A stretch of 64,000 nucleotides of DNA, taken from NCBI GenBank assembly GCA_050613775.1, contig JBODTK010000149.1, positions 310,001 to 374,000 of the forward strand, in the 5' to 3' direction. Source of the DNA: Neocallimastix sp. 'constans' (taxonomy: Eukaryota). The notes below the pieces were generated by a model. The model did no database searches. It saw only the letters and a list, made by a program, of their open reading frames with translations, and was not told the origin of the DNA. Position numbers and translations under genes: made by a program. Below, piece after piece: positions 27,645-43,160 of this stretch (position 1 is the first letter of the stretch; each line of letters begins with the position of its first letter).

Positions 27645-29038
27645 TCTATTTAATATCATTATTAATATTATATATTATATATTATATATTTTACAGTTAT
27701 ATATATATATTTTTTATTAATATTTAATTATCTACATACTGATTTTCATATAATATTTTTTCTAAACAATTGCTTCCTTCATATCCTTTTATACATATAC
27801 ATTTATTTTTTCTAGGATCATTATTTGGATTATCGTAACCAGCTACACATATAGCATTATCATAATTGCAGTCATTACATTTAGGTGCTTCACAATAAAA
27901 TCCATTATTATTACTAAGATTCATTTTCAATTGATCTCTATTACATGGAATAATATTTATATCAATTAATATATAATTTTCATGGATAAGTGAGGTTTTC
28001 ATTATATCATTAGATTTAGCCGATATTTGTAGCACACAAGATCCAGTTGTATTAGAGTAAATTTTCAACTGATTTATTTGACATATACCTATTTTTTTTT
28101 ATATATATATTATTATTAATTTTAATTTAACTAAATTTCAATTTTTAATTTTTTAATTTATAATTTTTATTTTAAGTTTTTATTTTAAATTTTTATTTTA
28201 AACATTATTTTTTTTTTTTTTTTAATTTTTTATTAACATTATTTATATTTATTATATGTTTAATTAAATATATATTTCTAGATTATGAATATATTTCAAA
28301 AATATAAAATAGTAATAATATCATTTGAATTTTAATTACCTTTTGAAAATCTTCCTGTATTTCCTATGATTTCATATCCTTCTTCTTCTTTTGATATATT
28401 TTTATCATAAAGAGAGGCTTCAATGAATATATCTGTAAAAAAAAAATTGGTATCATGAGCAAACTGATCAAATTCATCGTACAGCTTTAAAATTAATTGA
28501 ATATAACTTCCAGAATTAATATCATGATTATATTCATTTGCAACCTTAATATATGCAGGGTTTGACCCATAGTTATCGCCATAAGAATAAGCAGAATTAT
28601 TAATATAAGTATTATTATTTTCTTTTGGCTTTTTTTTAATGATATTATATGGAATGTAGTAAGCCCCTCCAATATTTTTAGAAATATTATTTGAAAAGGT
28701 ACAATTTTCAATTATTCCCTTATTCATATAGGAATGATTCATATATATGGCACCTCCATTTCTTCTTGACATATTACTATCAAAAGAGGAATTACTTAAT
28801 GAAAAACTAAAAATATTTTCTTTAATAATATTATATTTTTTATTTATATCCTTCTCTGAAATATAGATGGAACCACCGTCATATTCACCAGTATTATATA
28901 AAAAACTTGAATTATTAATAAATAAATTCAAATTATTTTCTTCTTCAACACATCTATTATTAAAATTATTAAATATTAAGTAAAGATATATTTCAGTATA
29001 TAAATTTTACTTGTTTATATTTAATTATTTATAAAATA

Positions 29039-29117
<79 letters not shown>

Positions 29118-30012
29118 TTAATTTATTTATTCAGTACAATAATATATTATTAATTTTTGAGTATACATACAGTGCTCCACCATATGATGCAACATTTGAT
29201 AAAAATTTGGTATTTAAGATTTCCATATTAATATTAGATGATATATATAACACTCCACCACAATTTCCTTTTTTTATGTTGTGTATATTCATAAAAGTGG
29301 AATTTGTAAGATGAATATCAATCTTATAAAATAACAAAAAAAAAAAAAAAAAAAAAAAGAATTTTTTTTATTAATATCATTATTAATAGCATTATTAATA
29401 GCATTATTATTATTATTATTATTATTATTAATTTTGTAAAGATTATTGATTGTATGTAAATTTATTTATTAATTTATATGATCAATTTAATATATTCAAT
29501 AATTAACAAATAATTATTTATAATTATATTATTAATTATATTATTAATTATATTATTAATTATATTTTTATAAAAAATTATAAAATTATATAAAATAATA
29601 TACTTGAGAGTTAGTTAATTTGTTTTTTATATATATAAATGAACCATAAATGTTTGAATCCCTTGCATTAATATTGGACATATGGACTTTAGAATTTAAT
29701 CCAACAATTTTTATGGCTGGACCATTACACTGAATATTTTTAATAGTAATATTATTCAATTGGACTTCACCCAAATTTCCATTTCCATTAAGTATTATTA
29801 ATCCAGAATTTCCTTCATCTCCAGTCGATCGAAAATCTTGAAAAACACAATCCTCTATTTTTAAATTTGCATATTCTGATACAAATACTGATTTATTATT
29901 AGTAGTAATATTTCTAAAAATTATATCTTTAAAACTATAGAATGAACTATTTTCAAACAATCCTTCACCAGTGGTACTAATAATATTTAAAATATATATG
30001 TATAATATTATT

Positions 30013-30045
<33 letters not shown>

Positions 30046-32305
30046 TAAAGTATTATTATTTAATATATATATAATAATTATTATTTGAAATATTATATGA
30101 TTATTGTTATTTGAAAAAGGTATATAAATATTAGTATTATTTAAGTTATATATATATATATATATATATATTTAATTATTTGAAATAAGGATAGTAAATA
30201 TATAAATTTATTATTTGAAAAAACTATTTATAATTTATTATTATATGTTTCAATAAAATATTAAAATAATGCAAATATATATTCGTACAAGATATTATAA
30301 ATTTCACTAGATTCCATTGAAACAATACTATTGGTAATATCTGAGATAATAGGAAGTTGAACTTTTGCTGAGGCATCATGAAATTTTGATTTTTTTATTT
30401 TTACCTCACTAAATGCTCCTGATAATAATGTATTGGAATCTATTAAAAATATAAAGTAAAACAAAACAAAACAATAAAAAAAAATTTTTTTTTATTTTTT
30501 TTTTTTTTTTTTATTATTAATATTATTATTCTTATCTTTAATTAATTAAAATTATTAATTCATATAATTGTTATAAATAAAAAGATTTTAAAAAGTTTTA
30601 GCTAAAATACTAACTGGAAAACTCTATTGAATCAAATATCACATTTTTTGTTCCCATTATTCTAAAAATATACTTCACAGAACTATTAACATTGATAAAA
30701 TTAACATATTTAATTCTTCATTATAATTAAAATATAATATGCAATAAGTAATTCATTATTAATAAGGTATAATAATAATAATAACATAATAATAATAACA
30801 TAATAATAATAACATAATAATATAATAATAATATAATAATAATAATATAATAATAATAATATAATAATAATAATATAATAATAATAATATAATAATATAA
30901 TATAATAATAATATAATATAATAATAATAGTATTAATATTAATATTAATATTAATATTAATAGTATAAATAAATAAATATAAATAAATAATAATAATAAC
31001 TTTTTATTTGAAATATTATATAGTATTTACATAACAGATTCACCGGAAACAATCAATAATGGTGAGAGGGGCATGTTTATATCGATATCCTTAAATGTGG
31101 TATTTTGAATTATCAGATTGCTTCTTATAGAAGTAAGAATTACTCCATTCGAATATTTCTTATCATAAAAATTATTATTTCCACTAAAAAAACCTAATCA
31201 TAAAAATTATTTTTTGTAAATAATTGTAAAATATATATGTATATTTATTATTATTATCATCATATGTTACTTACAATCAATTAAACTTAAATTTTCTTTA
31301 ACTGTTTTAAAAAGAATAGTATTATTATAAAATTTGCAATTTTGATAAACTACTGTTCTATAAAAGAATTCAACATTATTGTTAAGGTTATAATATAAAT
31401 AATTGGTATTATTTCTATTATATAATAATATATATATAACAAATATATATTAATAAAAATTGTGGATAATAATATATATAGAATTTTGAATAATGGTATC
31501 ATTAATATAATACATAAAATCTAAAATCATATTACGAACACATATACACTGTTTCTCACATTTAAAAAAAATTTATTAAATGGTGAAGGATCAAGTTCGG
31601 TATATATAATATGAGTATTAAAACCTATTATTTTTTTATTAATTATAATAATTTCAATATATAATAATATTAAATAAAAGATTTCTCTTTTTATATATAT
31701 ATATATATTCTTAAAAATAAAAATAAAAATTTTTTCTTTTTCTTTTCTTTTCTTTTCTTTTATTTTTTTTTTTTATTATTATTATTTTCTCTTTCATTTT
31801 TCCTATGTTATTTTTTTTTTTGTGTGTGTTACATACCTTCAAAACGACAATTATCTATATCTATATTAATTCTATTATTTTTGTTAACAAAGATATTTAT
31901 TGCACCAGATTTATCCGTGAAATTTCTTGCTATCCGATTTGTAAATAAAAAATTTTTAAATATAACGTTAGCATTGGAATAGCTTGGTGAATCTTTTCTA
32001 AAAAATATATTAAATGATGTCCTATTTGCTTTTCCATAATCCAATATGGTTTCATTAATACCACTAAAACTTATTATTTGATTTTGAGATATTGGTAAAT
32101 TAATTTCATTTAAATTTCTAAAATTATAATATGATTCAATAAAATGTAGTTCAATTTTTTTTTCATCTTCATGTTCATTCAATATATTTGTTATATTTAT
32201 TATGGATTTTGAATCATTCAATATATCAATAATTATACAAAAACTTTGTAGTATGCTATTAAAAACTATTAGTAGGTATAAAATATTTGTTTTAAACTTT
32301 TTCAT
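25856..32305 (-). CDS. Class C-like GPCR (7TM) with an N-terminal pectin-lyase-fold/right-handed beta-helix (PMP-type GGAIY repeats) and an EGF-like module; about 12 exons
   Basis: Signal peptide MKKFKTNILYLLIVFNSILQSFC; repeats F.N..F.N, GGVLY, YGGALY, DGGSIY, NGGAIY, IGGAYY and NSAYSYGDNYGS; Cys-rich FYCEAPKCNDC...C...CICIKGYEGSNC; seven hydrophobic segments with a TM3 Cys, ECL2 WTKICP and the IFNE motif. The junctions I checked (e.g. 31837/31624, 29604/29322, 28340/28088, about 27740/27517) are GT-AG and in phase. Confidence 0.85.
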
Positions 32306-32701
32306 TTTTACATTTATTTAATATTTAATATTTAATATTTTATAATATAGAAAAAGAGGAATAATATATATGCATATACGATTAATTAATATAAAATAAA
32401 AAGCATAAAAAAAAATAAAAAACAAAAAAAAAAAAAAAAAAAAAAAATAAACCGAAATTAAAATGAATTTTATATATATTAATCTTCAATGTTAAATTGG
32501 AGAAAAAAAAAATTGAAAATTTTATTTCATCAATTTTTAATATAACCTTTAATTTTTAAAAAAGATAAAAATATTTTCTATATACTAAAATTTAATCTAA
32601 TATATACATAATCTAAAAATTTTGAATATACAGATACTTTATGAAAGATAAAAATCTTTCATAATTCTCAATTACATTTTATTATTCAATTATAAATTAT
32701 T

Positions 32702-32781
32702 AACTATAAACCTTTTAAACTTATTATTATTTTCAATAATAAAAATAAAAAAAAAACATAAAGTTTAAAAGGTTTATAGTT
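32702..32781. repeat. 21-bp perfect inverted repeat with a 38-nt spacer
   Basis: AACTATAAACCTTTTAAACTT (32702-32722) and AAGTTTAAAAGGTTTATAGTT (32761-32781). Confidence 0.88.
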
Positions 32782-33470
32782 TTTATATTGAAAATAATAT
32801 AATTGTAATTATTATTTAATTAATTTTTTATTAATTTATTTATAATATATATAAATTTTAATTCATAATATTTATGTTAATGTTAATTTCGATAAAATTA
32901 AAAGTTTTTTTGTTAAATCCTTTTTTTTTTTTTTTTTTTTTTTTTATAATATTGAATATAAATATTTAGATATATAAATATCCATAAATATCTATTTTAA
33001 TTTTTTTTTTCATTGAAATAAATTTATCATGTAATAATTAAAAGTTTATTGAACAAAATATTCCTATTTAGTATGTCTATTTTTATTATTTTTATTATTT
33101 TTATTATTTTTATTCTTTGAACATTTACTTATACTATCTGTTTATTTATTTAATTATAAACTTTCTATATTTATTTATTTATTTATATGATATTATATAT
33201 ATATTTATTTATACGTCTAATTATTTAATTATAAATATATTATTTATTTACTTATTGGTTATTTATTTTATTTAATTTATTAGTCTATATATTTTTTATA
33301 TTTAAATTCTTTATATTTTATACTAGGTTAGAATTACCAATCATTAAAACAATAATATTTATATTTATATTTATATTTATATTTGTTGTATATTATATTT
33401 TGATACAATTTACTAAATTGTAAAACAATACAAATAATATAATATATATATAATAACATCAAAAAATCAG

Positions 33471-33505
<35 letters not shown>

Positions 33506-33774
33506 AAAATTATTCTTGTCTATTTTTATTAAAAACATATGCTATAATAATAATAAAAGTGTGGTAATTCACATTTTAAATTTTAATGTAAAATACATTT
33601 TTTTTTTTTTTTTTTTTTTTTTTGGAAAATAATAACTTTGAATAATATAATTGGTTTTTATCGGTTCCAATTATAAATATTTATGAGAATAAAAGCAAAA
33701 AATTAAATAATATAATAATAGTTATATTTTCAGAGGTATATTTATATATATAAAATAAATATTATTTCTATCAA

Positions 33775-35590
33775 ATGTCCGAAGAAGAAAATTCAGATTA
33801 TAATTCTTCTGAAAATGAAGTTATAAGGACGAGAAAATCAAGAAAGGTATTTATATTTATTAATTCAGTTTCTCAGAGTCAGTAAAAAAAAAAAAAAAAA
33901 AGAAAAAGTTAATTTGTTAATTAAAAATTAAAAGATTAACATGAAATTTCATTTTAAATTATTAATTAATTTTTATTTTTTTTTTTATAAATGTTTTATA
34001 TTTCAATATTAAATTAATTTCAAAAAGATCCATAACGAGGAAGAAGAGGAAGATGATTATTCAGTTAATAAATTTATGAAATTTTACATAATATTATTAT
34101 CATTTATATAACACAATCAAAATATAAAATTATTAATATAATTTATATGTAAACATTAATATTTACAAAATTAATTTATGAAATGTTTTTCAAAATAGCG
34201 TCATTCATATAATTCAGAAGAAGAAGAAGAAGAAGAGGATGATGAAGGTAATATAGATGACGATGATGAAGATAATGAGGGAGATGACATTGAAGAAACC
34301 GAAGAGGATAAAAGATTTATTGATGATGAAGGTATAGAAGAAGAAGAGGAAGAAGAAGAAGTTGAAATTTCATCTCACAAAAAAAAAAAGAGGAAAAAGC
34401 ATCATTCATTTAAAGGTATACATATTGTATCAAATAAAATTATTAAAACAAAACAAACATAAATAAGCATTTTCAATTTATTCATAACCAATAAATATAT
34501 ATATATATATATTTTTTTTTTTAAAAAAAAAAAAATAGATTCAGATTCAGAAAATGATTTAGATGATGAAGATAGAATGTTAATTGCTGAAAATACTGGT
34601 ATTGAATGGGAAAAACCAGAGGTATTAATATATATATATATATATATTATTTTTTAATTAAGATATTTAATTGTTATTAAATTGGTATTAATGTTTATAT
34701 GTTGTAATTATTGTTATAATTGCTATTGTTATTATAATTATTATTATTAAATAAAAGGAAAAGCGTTTTAAAAGATTAAAAAAAAGAAGACAGGAAACTC
34801 CAGTACCATCAAGGGATAGGGCTGAAGAAGATTTATCAAAAATATTTTTAGATGATGAAGATGCGGAAGAAGGTGAAATTAAACCACAAGAAGAAGATCA
34901 TGAAGCTTATGATGATGATGATTTAAAAGATTTTATTGATGATGATGAAGATGAATTAACACCAGAAATGAAAGAACAAAGAGCAATTGAAAGAAAGGAA
35001 CAAAAACAATTTGTTAAAGATATTGGTGAATCTTTAGGTATTACTGATGAGTATGTATTTTTTTTTTTTTTTTTATTTTAATTAATAATTTTGAAGTATT
35101 TTTTGTTATTTATAATACATCATATATAATACGAATTATTTATTATTACTATTTCTTTCCTCTATCTTATAACTTTATAAAATATATTAATATTACTCTA
35201 TTAATATTATTATTTATTATTATTGTTATTTATTTTCATTATATAATAAAAGTTCTTTGTATCTGATCGAGCAAATTTTCGGTGATGGTAGTGAATATGC
35301 TTACGCCATGGATATAAAAGTAATAATAATAATAATAACAATAATAATAATAAATAGATGCATGTATTATTTCTTACCACTCAAAAAAATTAAATATTAA
35401 ATAATGATATAAATATAAATAGGATATGCAAGATGAAGATGATGTAAATGAATTAAGTAGAGATAATCCAGTTAGACTTAAAGATGTATATGAACCAGAT
35501 GAAATTGCTGAAAAATTACTTACCGAGGAAGATGATGCAATTAGAATTAAAGATATTCCAGAAAGATTACAAGTAACTATATAATTAAAT

Positions 35591-35632
<42 letters not shown>

Positions 35633-38600
35633 CTTTAAAAATGTAATCATTATATGAAAAATCAAAATATTTATATTATAATTTTTAATTTTTGTAATAA
35701 ATTTTAAATTTATTTAAAAATAGTTAAGATTCATTAATAATCCACCTGAAGGTGATGAATTAAACCGTGAAGCAATCTTTATTACGGAAAAAATTTTAAG
35801 AGAACGTTCAAATAATTATAATGGTCCAGTTGGAGACGAAAATATAATTCAAACAGCTGTTAGAGACGTTTTAAGATTTTTACGTGAGGATAATTATGAA
35901 ATTCCATTTATTTTTTCACATAGAAAAGATTTTTGGAAAGATAAATTAGAAGATAATGAATTATGGCAAATTTATGATTTTGATGAGGAATTCCAATCTA
36001 TTGAAAGTAAAAAGAAATCAATATATTCAATATACGATGATTTATGTAATAATAATTCCGAGGCAAAGGATGATAGATCAATTACAGAATCATTAAAACA
36101 ATTAGATTCAATTGAAAAAGCACAAGATTTATTAGAATATATACAAATTATTTATGGTAGTGATGCAAATAATGAATCAGATACTGATGAAAAGAGAATT
36201 AAACGTCCATTAAAAGGTAGATTCTATGAAAAAATGAAAAGAGCTGGAGTTGATAAATTTGTAAAAGTAAATTTACATGCATTTTTTTTATTTTTCATTA
36301 ATTTTAATAATTAATGAAAAAGAATTTTATATTATATTATATTATATTTGTAATTTATTATTAGTAGCAACCATAATTTATATATTTATAATATATATAT
36401 TTGTTTTATTGAAAAATTTTATAAAGTAATATTGAAAATATTTAAATATTTAACAAATGCCATATATTATTTTTTATATTATATATAATATATCTTGTCA
36501 TATTTTATAATGATTTATTAGCTTTTCCATATTAAAGCTAGAGATTTAGCTATAAGTATTAGAAATGAAGGTACAAAAGCTTTCTTCCCTGAAGATGAAT
36601 ATGAATTACCAGAAAAAATGGCTGAAAGTTTTGTTATTGAATCAAATGTTTATTTAAGGACACCACAACAAATTGTTAAAGGTACGTATATATATATATA
36701 TATTTCAAAAACTTTTTAAAAATAAATTTAAATGTTTCTAAAAATTAGTATTAATAATAATATAACATATATAAATATTTATTTATATATTAAAATATTT
36801 TTAATATTATTTGACAAAATTATTAAATAGCTGCAAAAAGTATGTTAGTTCAAGAAATTGCAAATGAACCATCATTAAAGGAATACATAAGACGTTTATA
36901 TGAAAAAGATGCAGTAATTAATATATTACCAACCGATAGAGGAAAAAAAGAAATTGATGAAAATCATATTTATTATGTATGTGAAAAAACAAGAAAGTAA
37001 AAAAAAAGCAAAAAAAAAAAAAAAAAAAAACTTTAAAAATTAATTATTGTAAATTAAATATGAATAAAAAAAAAAAGTGAATTAAAAAAATTAATTTTTT
37101 TTTTTCCAATTCTAATTAATATGTACAAATTGTATTTAAATATATAAATAGGAATTTAAATATATTCGTGGAAAACCTATAATAGAATTGGCTAAAACAG
37201 TTTTTCTTCAAGTTTATAAAGCAGAAAAAGAAGGACTTGTTACAACAGAAATATATTTAGAAAATGAAGATCAAAAAATTAATCAATTTTGTGAACATAT
37301 AGTTAGTGATAGTGATAAGTCTAATATATATGCTCAAGCATGGAATGATTTAAGAAGGGAGGTATTAACGAAAGCTTTAAAAGATATTTTATTCCCAATG
37401 ATATCTGATTGGTTAAAATCAAAAATTATTAATGAAGCATGTGTTATTATTGCAAACCATTGTATGAGAAAATTAGAAAGAGTAAGTTGATATAAATATA
37501 ATTATGTAATATATATATATAGAAAATAACTATTTATAACAATAATAACAATAATAAAAATATATGTATAATATATATTATATTATATTATATACATTAT
37601 ACATATATTATAAAATATTATATATATAAAATATATATATAATATTTTATATTATTATAATTTTTATTATTGTTGTATTGTTACTTTATTTAAAAGTTAT
37701 TAATATATATATAAATATATAAATAATTATTAAATATAATATAATATAATTAACCTTTTTTTATTAAATGTTTTATTATTATTATACATATTATTATTAT
37801 TATTATAAAGAATATTACTAAAGCACCGTATAATGAGAAAATATTGGAAGATTATGATGCAGATGGTGAATATTGTAAAGTTGTAAGTTTAAGTTGGGGT
37901 GATTTTAAAATGAATGAAGCAGGATTATGTGTTGCAGTTGATTCAAATGGTAAATTAGTTGATCATTGTAAACTTGAAGGTTTACAGAATCGTAATCAAG
38001 CCGCTGCAGAAGAATCATCAGGTGCGGAAACATTGAAAGAATTTTTATTACAACATGTTCCAGATATTGTTATTATAGGTGGATGGACACCTGATATTAT
38101 TACAAATAAGATGCTTGAAAAAGTAAGAAAAATTGCACAAGATGTATCAGCGGAATTAAGATTAAATAAAGAAATTCGTGTTGAAATTGGTGATGATAAT
38201 CCAGCGAAAATTTATATGAAGTCTTCAAGAGCAAAGGAAGAATTTCCATTATTAACTCCTTTAATGTTATATTGTATATCAATGGCAAGAACAGTACAAG
38301 ATTCATTAATGGAATATGCTGCATTATGTAATACTGAAAATGAAATTAATTTATTAAAATTGGATTCATTACAATCCATGGTACCGGAATCATTAATGAA
38401 TCAAAGATTAGAACGTGCCTTTATTAATGCTATTTCACATATTGGTGTAGATATCAATCGTGCTGTTCAATATCCTGAGTATTCCAATACATTACAATTT
38501 GTTAGTGGTCTAGGAAAGAGAAAGGCCGCAAATATTATTTCAAAAATATCACGTTCCGGTGGTGTTTTACTTTCTCGTTCAGATCTTATTCATAAAAATA

Positions 38601-40359
38601 TAGTTGGTGCAAATATATTCATGAATTGTGCTAGTTTTCTTAGAATTAAAGAAAAATACTTTAATCAGAGAAGAAGTGATATGTTCTTTGATGTATTGGA
38701 TGATACTCGTATTCATCCTGAAGATTATGATTTAGCTAGAAAAATGGCTGCTGATGCATTAGATATTGATGAACCTATTGATGATGATGAAAATCCATCA
38801 CAACATGTAGAAGAATTAATGAACGGTGAGGCTCATCGTTTAAATCAATTAATGTTAGATGATTATGCTAAAGAACTTGAGATTAATGTTATTCATGAAC
38901 CAAAGAAAATTACATTAAATCAAATTAAAGAAGAATTACAAATTCCATATAAAGAAAGACGTCGTCAATGGCAACCATTAGAACCTGATGAAATATTTGT
39001 TATGTTAACTGGTGAAAATGATGATACACTTACCGAAGGTATGATTGTTAATGTGGAAGTTACTTATGCCTATGGTAATACGGTGAAAGGTATTTTACCA
39101 TCAGGAATTGAAGTTTATATTTCACCTGAAAATTTAACTGATGAAAGAATTAATAAAGTTGAAGATGTTGTAGGATTTGGTGATGTATTAACAGGTAAAA
39201 TTTTAAGTATTAATAAAGAAAGATTTACGGTGGATGTTACTACAGCTCCAAGAGATCTTGAAGAAAAAACATATATTGATCATGATGATTATTGGGATTA
39301 TGATGAAGAAAAAAAAGATAAAGATATAATGAAAGGTATAATAAAGAAAAATAAAATAATATAAAATAAAATAAAATAAAATAAAATAAATAAAAAAAAA
39401 AAAAAAAAAAAAATAATAAAATAAAAAAATTATTTATCAATTTTTAGTATTTATATAAATATAATCTTAATTTCTTAATTCACACACACATATAAATATA
39501 AATAAGTTATTAATTTTCTTAATTTTAAAATTATTACTATTTATAAATATAAATATTAATGTATAAATAAATAGAAGCTAGAAAGAAAGCAACAAGAAGA
39601 ATTACTAGAAAAATAGATCATCCTTACTTTAAACCATTTGATTATAAAGAAGCAGAAAATTATCTTTCAACACGTCCAAATGGTGAAATTGTTATACGTC
39701 CATCATCAAAGGGTAATAATCATTTAGCTATTACTTGGAAAATTGATGATAATGTCTATCAACATTTAGGTAAAAGAAAAGAAAAAAAAAATATTACTAT
39801 AAATATAATTATAATTATTATAATCAATTATTATTATTATTATTATTATTAATATATTAATTAATATATTAATATATTTATTTAAATAATTTTATTTTAT
39901 TATTAATATATTAATATATTTATTTAATTAATTTTATTTTATTATTATTATTATTAATATTTTTTTTTAATATTTCATTATATAATAAAATAATATTATA
40001 TTTATATGTATTAATATTATTAATATAATTAATTTAATATTTTTAGATATTCTTGAAAAAGATAAAGAAAGTGAATATAAATTAGGTAAAATATTAGAGG
40101 TCAATAATACTCAATTTTCAGAATTAGATGAATTGGTTGTTGTTTATGTTGAACCTATGGCTAGATGGGCAGAAGAAATGATGCAAAATCTAAGGTATAA
40201 AAAAGGAACTTTGGATGAAATAAGTAAGTCTATTATAATTATATTAATAATAATTATAATTATTTTATTTTATTTTTTTTTTTCTTAGCATTTATTATTT
40301 TTAATTATATTTAAATATATTATGTTTATATGTATAATAAAATATAATAAATTTACTTA

Positions 40360-40396
<37 letters not shown>

Positions 40397-40799
40397 AGAT
40401 GACTATCTTGATGAGAAAACAAGGGCTGAACCTAAAATGGCAGCTTACGCATTTTGTATTGCTCATAAAAGACCTGGAAACTTCTATCTTGCATATAAAT
40501 TTAATATAAATGATAGACCAAAACATGAAGTAAGTTTTTATTATTATTATTATATTATTATTATTATTATTATTATTTTATAATTATACTATTATTATTT
40601 TTTAATATAATAATATTAACTTTATATATATATAATATGATAGTATGTTCAATTACAACCAAATGGATATTTATTCAGAAAAAAGAGTTACTCAAATGTA
40701 GATGAAATTATAAGAGATTTTAAGCGTAATCCAAAAGGAAGAATAATGCATAGAAGTAATATTCAACATTATTCTCATTCACATTCACAAAGACGTTAA
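33775..40799 (+). CDS. SPT6: Transcription elongation factor / histone chaperone Spt6 (multi-exon)
   Basis: Acidic N-terminus (DLDDEDRMLIAENTG, IFGDGSEY, LKDVYEPDEIAEKLLTEEDDAIRIKDIPERLQ), YqgF-like domain, HhH LQFVSGLGKRKA, IFMNCASFL, LDDTRIHPEDYDLARKMAADAL, S1 domain and tandem SH2 (IDHPYFK...VIRPSSKGNNHLAITWK). ATG at 33775, TAA at 40797-40799. Confidence 0.97.
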
Positions 40800-41160
40800 A
40801 TAACAATAATATATATATATATATTTAATTTATTTAAAAATTATTATAAAAAACATCATATGTTAGATACTAATTAAATATATAGTATATATATTTAATT
40901 TTAAGTTTGGAATATTTTATTAATAAATAAGTATTTGAGAAAAAAATTTTTAAATTTTTTTTTTTTTATTTTATCTATAGCATTATTTTTTTTTCTTTTA
41001 ATTATTTCTTTTTATTTTTAATATTTAACTTTTTTTATGTATAGTTTTTTATTTTTATTTTTTTTTAAAAAAAACTATATATTATTATAATATTTTATTA
41101 ATATTATTATTCCTAATTGTAAAGAGTAATAATATTAATTTTTATTTATCTATTTTTATT

Positions 41161-41302
41161 AATCTATTACTTTTTGTTAATCTATTACTTTTTATTAATC
41201 TATTTTTTATTAATCTATTACTTTTTATTAATCTATTACTTTTTATTAATCTATTACTTTTTATTAATCTATTACTTTTTATTAATCTATTACTTTTTAT
41301 TA
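41161..41302. repeat. 18-bp minisatellite (AATCTATTACTTTTTATT), about 8 copies, downstream of SPT6
   Basis: Directly visible tandem units. Confidence 0.85.
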
Positions 41303-42049
41303 ATTTACTATTTTATAATTATTTTTTTCTAAAATTAAAATAAAATAAAATAAAATAAAACAAAATAAAATAAAAAAAATATAAAAAAAAAAAACTATAA
41401 AAAAAAGATATATATAATGTTTTACATTTAATAATTAAAATAAAAAAATAAGAAATAAAATTAATGGGAAAATTTTTCTATTTTTTTTTGAACATGGATT
41501 TACCAAATTTGTTTATAATTAAAGTATATATTATAAAAATTCATCAAATATATTAAATAATTTTATTTTTTTGAATTTTTAATTAAATCCATATAATATA
41601 AATATAAATAAATATTAATATAAGTATTAATATAATAATATAAATAAATAATAAATAATAAATTAATAAATAAATTAATAAATAAATTAATAAATTAATA
41701 AAATAAAGAAATAAAATTTTTTTTTGGATCTGATATTTATTATTTAGAGTTAAGTGCAACAAATCTTTTTTAATTAAAATTTTAAACTTTATATATTAAT
41801 ATTTATATTATTCTAAAGCTGATTTAATATAATCCATGAAATTAATATTAAACAGAATACTATTGTTGTATATATAATAATATATTATATATATTGTTAT
41901 CAAATAATCATGTTTTGAAATTTATAATTGATTTAAATTAAATTTAATATATTATTAAAACTTTTTTTTTTTTATTTTATTATTTTTTATAATAAAGTTT
42001 TAATATTGCCACATATTTTAATATTATATAGTTAATAATTAAATAATAA

Positions 42050-42232
<183 letters not shown>

Positions 42233-42913
42233 AATAATAATATATTATACTAAAAAAATTTTCTTTTTTTTTTTATTTGTGTCATTTTTTTTATTTAAAA
42301 ATTTTTCTCATAATATATTATGTCTTTTATTAGAAGATTAATCTGATCTTTTTTTTTTAGTTCAATTTTAATTATTTCTTATTATAATATAAATATAATT
42401 TTATATGTTAATAAGAATAATTAAAATTAAATTATAATATGAAATTAGCGCACTATCCAAATTTTGTTATTTATTTTATAAATATACAATCGTATTAAAA
42501 AAAAAAAAAAGAACTATATTTCCTTTTTTTTATTAGAAATTAATTTATTTATATTAAATATGCTATAATATTTCAATTCATTTGTCAATATATTTTTATT
42601 TTTATTAATTTTAAAAGAAAACAATAACATATAATAATATAGAAGTAAAAAGTAATATATAAAATAAATTAGATTCAGTGAAGAAAACAATTCTTTTTTT
42701 TTTTTTTTTTTTAATAAATTGTATTATACAAATGAAATAAACTTTTAAATAAGCTTAAATTATTTATAATTTTTTACAAAATAATAATATTAACAATAAT
42801 AATAATAATAATAATAAAAAAAGCAAATAAAAATTTTCAATTTTTATAAAAAAATTTTTCAAATATATTTATCAATATAATACTATCAGTATAAAAAAAA
42901 AAAAAAAGAGAAA

Positions 42914-43113
42914 ATGTTTAAAAGAATATTTAATCATAAGAAATCTTTTAGATGTGAAATTTGTAAGAAAAAAATAAAAAATTCTGATAAAAATATTACT
43001 CTAAAACAATGCAAAGAATGTCAAGAGGTAATAAAATATTTATAAAATATTTTTATTATTATAATATTTTTTTTTTTTTTAATTTTATTTTTTTACTCTC
43101 TTTATTAACAATT

Positions 43114-43160
<47 letters not shown>

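Noticed and set aside
41161..41302. Regular repeats as a CRISPR-like array (also 7921-8000)
   Set aside because: Head-to-tail units with no unique spacers, no cas genes, eukaryotic context.
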